NCBI GenBank assembly: GCA_010909165.1
Contig: MU008149.1
Span: 1 to 64,000 of the forward strand
Reading direction: 5' to 3'
Length of the DNA: 64,000 nucleotides
DNA from: Anthoceros angustus
Lineage: Eukaryota; Plantae; Anthocerotophyta
Of this stretch, positions 59,974 through 64,000 are shown one piece after another. Under the pieces are notes generated by a model that ran no database searches, had not been told where the DNA came from, and saw only the letters and a program-made list of their open reading frames with translations. The position numbers were made by a program, and so were the translations under genes. Within the stretch, counting starts at the first letter, position 1. The number at the start of each line of letters is the position of its first letter.

Positions 59974-62900
59974 ATGGACGACGGGCTGAAGAACCTCGAA
60001 TACCTCTCGTTGGTGTCCAAAGTTTGCTCGGAACTGGAAGTGCACATTGGGTGCGGCGACAAGACCCTGGCGGAGTTCATCATAGATTTGGCCCAGAAGA
60101 ATGAGACGGTGGAGCTGTTTGCCAAGGCCCTTAAAGCCAATGGAGCAGAGTTGCCCGAATACTTCGTTAAGACGTTGCTAACCATCATCCAAGCCATTCT
60201 GCCTCCCATGACCAAAGCCGAGAGAGAGAAGCTCAAAGGCATTGCTGGAGACAAGGAAGACAAGAAAAGTGCATTTCCTGGCTTGTCTGTGCCCGACAAC
60301 AAGCAGCGGGTAAAGGAGATAGAAAAGGAGTTAGGATTGGATCCGGACAGGGAGGGGGCAGCACCAGAGGAGGAGGAAGAGGGTAGGCACAAGGATCGGA
60401 AGAAAGACAAGCACAGGGACAGGGAGGTTGATGGAGACAATGGGAGGGAAGGGCAGGCCGGGGAAGATAGGGGGGATGCCAGAGCCCACAGGCATGAGGA
60501 GAGATATGGAGAGAGGCGGAGGGATGGGGACCGGTCTGATGACAGGCACCGGGGCGACCGACGTAGGGAGGATGAGGACACGGAGTCTAGAAGGAGCAGG
60601 GGCCGGGATGTGGAACGTGATTCACACAGGTCAAGTCGAGAATACAGGCGGGACGATGATAGAGGGAGAGATAGGGATAGGGATAGGGATAGGTACAGGA
60701 ATTCGGACAGGGGTGAAGATCGGAGCAGAGGTGATGGGCAGATGGTGAGGAGGGACGATGACAGGCGAGATGGTCGCCTTCCTCCAGCTCCGCCCACCAA
60801 ACCTCTGCAAGACGAGCCAGAACTGTTCGGCATCTACAGGGGAAGGGTGTCCCGGATCATGGACTTCGGTTGTTTTGTGCAGCTTCTTGGTTTGCGGGAT
60901 CGCAGGGAAGGACTAGTGCATGTTTCTGCGATCGCATCCAGGCGGGTGGTGAATGCCAAAGACGCGGTTGAGCGAGACCAAGAGGTGTGGGTAAAGGTGA
61001 TATCCCTAGCTCGTCAGAAGATGAGTCTCTCTATGCGGGACGTAGATCAGAAAACGGGAGAAGATCTGTTGCCAATGAAGAAAGCCTCTTCTGATGAAGA
61101 CTATCGAGCAAACCCCTCGAGTGTCAATCAAGCGCAGAGGCAAAGAGCAGGCCTGTCGGGGATTTCGATTGTAGATGAGGATGATCAGTCGTCCAGCAGG
61201 AGGCCGCTCAAAAGGATGAGTTCTCCTGAGAGGTGGGAGGCCAAGCAGCTGATTGCATCGGGTGTCCTTGATGTGAGAGACTATCCTATGTATGATGAGG
61301 ATGGTGGAGGTCTGCTTTATCAGGATGAGGGTGCAGAGGAGGAGCTGGAGATTGAGCTCAATGAAGACGAGCCTGCATTTCTTAGGGGTCAGACACGCTA
61401 CTCCATTGATGTTTCTCCTGTGAAGATAGTAAAGAATCCTGATGGTTCTTTGCAGCGAGCAGCAATGACTCAGTCCGCCTTGGCAAAGGAGAGACGTGAG
61501 CTGAGAGAGCAGCAACAGAGAACCATGTTAGACTCCATTCCTAAGGATCTGAACAGACCTTGGGAGGATCCCATGCCGGAGACTGGAGAGCGCCATCTTG
61601 CCCAAGAGCTTCGGGGAGTTGGTCTATCAGCTTATGATATGCCAGAGTGGAAGAAGGATGCTTTTGGTAAAGCACCCACGTTTGGACAACGGTCTAAACT
61701 ATCAATGCAGGAGCAGAGGCAAAGTCTTCCAATCTACAAACTGAAGAATGAATTGATACAGGCTGTGGCAGAAAATCAGGTCTTGGTAGTTATTGGTGAG
61801 ACAGGTTCGGGGAAAACTACTCAGATGACACAGTATCTGGCTGAAGCGGGTTACACTTTTAAGGGAAAGATTGGATGCACACAGCCACGACGAGTTGCTG
61901 CCATGTCTGTGGCGAAGCGTGTAGCTGAAGAGTATGGTTGCCGCCTTGGAGAGGAGGTTGGTTATACCATCCGTTTTGAGGATTGCACTGGGCCTGAAAC
62001 TATCATCAAATACATGACTGATGGTATGCTGCTGAGGGAGATTCTACTAGATGAGAGCCTTAGTAATTACTCGGTTATTATGCTTGATGAGGCCCATGAG
62101 AGGACAATACACACAGACGTCTTATTTGGCCTTCTTAAGGGCCTGGTGAAGCGGAGACCTGCTATGCGCCTTATAGTGACATCGGCTACACTTGATGCAG
62201 AGAAGTTTTCTGGATACTTCTTCAATTGCCCAATTTTCACCATACCAGGCAGGACGTTTCCTGTGGAGATTTTGTACACAAAGCAACCCGAAAGTGACTA
62301 TCTGGATGCAGCGCTGATCACAGTCATGCAGATCCATCTCACTGAGCCAGAAGGGGATGTCCTCCTGTTTCTGACTGGGCAAGAGGAAATTGACACAGCT
62401 TGTCAGATTCTCTATGAGCGGATGAAGGGATTGGGCCCAAGTGTGCCTGAGCTCATCATTCTTCCTGTCTATAGTGCCCTGCCTAGTGAAATGCAGACGA
62501 GAATCTTTGAGCCTCCTCCGCTGGGTACTAGGAAAGTTGTGGTTGCTACAAATATTGCAGAAGCTTCACTCACAATTGATGGCATATACTATGTTGTGGA
62601 TCCTGGTTTTTCCAAGCAGAATGTGTACAACCCAAAACTTGGTTTGGAGTCTCTGGTTATCACACCCATCTCACAGGCATCAGCTAGGCAGCGCGCTGGT
62701 AGGGCCGGTCGAACAGGGCCTGGAAAATGCTACAGACTGTATACGGAGAGTGCTTATCGGAATGAGATGTTGCCAACGACAGTGCCAGAGATACAGAGGA
62801 TCAATCTGGGTCTCACAACCCTGACCATGAAGGCCATGGGTATCAATGACCTGCTTTCATTTGATTTTATGGATCCCCCTCCACCTCAGGCTCTTATTTC

Positions 62901-63690
62901 TGCAATGGAGCAGCTCTACAGCCTAGGTGCACTTGATGAGGAGGGATTGCTGACGAAGTTGGGAAGGAAGATGGCAGAATTTCCTTTGGACCCACCTCTG
63001 TCAAAAATGCTTCTTGCAAGCGTTGATCTTGGCTGCAGTGATGAGATTCTTACAATCATCTCCATGGTGCAAGCCCAAAACATTTTCTATCGCCCTCGCG
63101 AGAAGCAGGCCCAAGCTGACCAAAAGAGAGCAAAATTCTTCCAACCAGAGGGAGACCATCTTACACTTTTGGCTGTGTACGAGGCCTGGAAAGCAAAGAA
63201 TTTCTCAGGCCCATGGTGTTTTGAGAATTTTGTGCAGAGTCGCTCCCTGAGAAGAGCACAGGATGTCAGGAAGCAGCTTCTGGCCATAATGGACAGGTAT
63301 AAATTGGATGTGGTCAGTGCAGGTAAAAATTTCACCCGCATTAGGAAAGCAATATGTGCAGGTTTTTTTTTCCATGCAGCTCGCAAGGATCCTCAAGAAG
63401 GCTATCGCACCTTAGTTGAGAACCAGCCTGTCTACATCCATCCTAGCAGTGCTCTCTTCCAGAGGCAACCTGATTGGGTCATCTATCATGAGCTTGTCAT
63501 GACAACAAAGGAGTATATGCGGGAAGTGACTCTAGTGGACCCCAAGTGGTTGGTGGAATTGGCACCAAGGTTCTTCAAAGTGGCAGATCCAACAAAACTC
63601 AGTAAACGGAAACGGCAGGAGAGGATTGAACCTCTCTACGATCGGTACCATGAACCCAACTCTTGGCGTCTGAGCAAGAGGCGTGGATGA
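59974..63690 (+). CDS. PRP22: Pre-mRNA-splicing factor ATP-dependent DEAH-box RNA helicase PRP22/DHX8 orthologue, 1238 aa, single coding exon
   Basis: Start in GCCATGG context ([22 protein letters not shown]). Arg/Asp-rich region; S1 domain ([18 protein letters not shown]); [13 protein letters not shown]; [40 protein letters not shown]; HA2 and OB-fold; C-terminus [19 protein letters not shown]. Confidence 0.98.
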   Translation: MDDGLKNLEYLSLVSKVCSELEVHIGCGDKTLAEFIIDLAQKNETVELFAKALKANGAELPEYFVKTLLTIIQAILPPMTKAEREKLKGIAGDKEDKKSAFPGLSVPDNKQRVKEIEKELGLDPDREGAAPEEEEEGRHKDRKKDKHRDREVDGDNGREGQAGEDRGDARAHRHEERYGERRRDGDRSDDRHRGDRRREDEDTESRRSRGRDVERDSHRSSREYRRDDDRGRDRDRDRDRYRNSDRGEDRSRGDGQMVRRDDDRRDGRLPPAPPTKPLQDEPELFGIYRGRVSRIMDFGCFVQLLGLRDRREGLVHVSAIASRRVVNAKDAVERDQEVWVKVISLARQKMSLSMRDVDQKTGEDLLPMKKASSDEDYRANPSSVNQAQRQRAGLSGISIVDEDDQSSSRRPLKRMSSPERWEAKQLIASGVLDVRDYPMYDEDGGGLLYQDEGAEEELEIELNEDEPAFLRGQTRYSIDVSPVKIVKNPDGSLQRAAMTQSALAKERRELREQQQRTMLDSIPKDLNRPWEDPMPETGERHLAQELRGVGLSAYDMPEWKKDAFGKAPTFGQRSKLSMQEQRQSLPIYKLKNELIQAVAENQVLVVIGETGSGKTTQMTQYLAEAGYTFKGKIGCTQPRRVAAMSVAKRVAEEYGCRLGEEVGYTIRFEDCTGPETIIKYMTDGMLLREILLDESLSNYSVIMLDEAHERTIHTDVLFGLLKGLVKRRPAMRLIVTSATLDAEKFSGYFFNCPIFTIPGRTFPVEILYTKQPESDYLDAALITVMQIHLTEPEGDVLLFLTGQEEIDTACQILYERMKGLGPSVPELIILPVYSALPSEMQTRIFEPPPLGTRKVVVATNIAEASLTIDGIYYVVDPGFSKQNVYNPKLGLESLVITPISQASARQRAGRAGRTGPGKCYRLYTESAYRNEMLPTTVPEIQRINLGLTTLTMKAMGINDLLSFDFMDPPPPQALISAMEQLYSLGALDEEGLLTKLGRKMAEFPLDPPLSKMLLASVDLGCSDEILTIISMVQAQNIFYRPREKQAQADQKRAKFFQPEGDHLTLLAVYEAWKAKNFSGPWCFENFVQSRSLRRAQDVRKQLLAIMDRYKLDVVSAGKNFTRIRKAICAGFFFHAARKDPQEGYRTLVENQPVYIHPSSALFQRQPDWVIYHELVMTTKEYMREVTLVDPKWLVELAPRFFKVADPTKLSKRKRQERIEPLYDRYHEPNSWRLSKRRG

Positions 63691-64000
63691 GTAGATTCTT
63701 CAGTTCCATACAGCGTCAGCGATGGGGAGTGAGTTTATGCGCCACCGAAATTAGTTTGAGGTTCTGGGAGCAGCCCCTATTTCCCTGAACCAACTTTCAC
63801 AGCTGGAACCAGCTGTTAGCCTCATGGTACACTGTGTGAGTTGCAGAAAGTAAGTTTTGAATCCCTGTGGTTGTCCGTTCTGTTATGTGGTTAGTCTAAT
63901 GTGGTTAAGAGACGAGAACGCGGTTGTATCTTGTTGTTCAAATCATGATTGATCTTCTTGTTATTTTCATATTGATGCCATCTCAGGGTTTTTGTGCCAC

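Noticed and set aside
59838-60833. 331-aa antisense Ser/Leu-rich ORF
   Set aside because: Mirror of the purine-rich Arg/Asp region of PRP22.
59974-63690. PRP22 as a processed retrocopy because its CDS is intronless
   Set aside because: ORF and all helicase motifs are intact, no poly(A) or TSD is visible, and intron-poor structure alone is not evidence of retroposition.

Overview
Eukaryotic, almost certainly plant (streptophyte) nuclear DNA. About 59 kb is a nest of decayed transposable elements, followed by one intact host gene: the spliceosomal DEAH helicase PRP22/DHX8 (59974-63690, coding region uninterrupted). The nest can be partly unpicked. A Ty1/Copia element with matching ~206-bp LTRs (14503-14709 and 47842-48048, 4/5-matching TSD) has been inflated to 33.5 kb by nested insertions. 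A CCCTA-ended CACTA/CMC-type element with an AAC TSD (50216-57500) sits in the leader of another Copia. There are also Gypsy fragments, two LINE-like 3' tails, a 1.85-kb TIR element with a 4-bp TSD, and an 8.8-kb tandem duplication. The most interesting signal is two unrelated mobile regions carrying DNA methyltransferase genes. (1) A minus-strand ParB/Srx-like + beta-class N6-adenine/N4-cytosine methyltransferase reading frame (~18590-21900) lies divergent from a Sola-like DDD transposase (~24480-27300). (2) A DNMT3-like C5-cytosine methyltransferase is embedded between the protease and the pre-RT linker of a Gypsy polyprotein (~10420-11310). All TE proteins were reconstructed by eye across frameshifts. 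The frameshifts are mostly 1-10 bp deletions confined to repeats, so some may be unpolished long-read error rather than real decay. No database searches were run.
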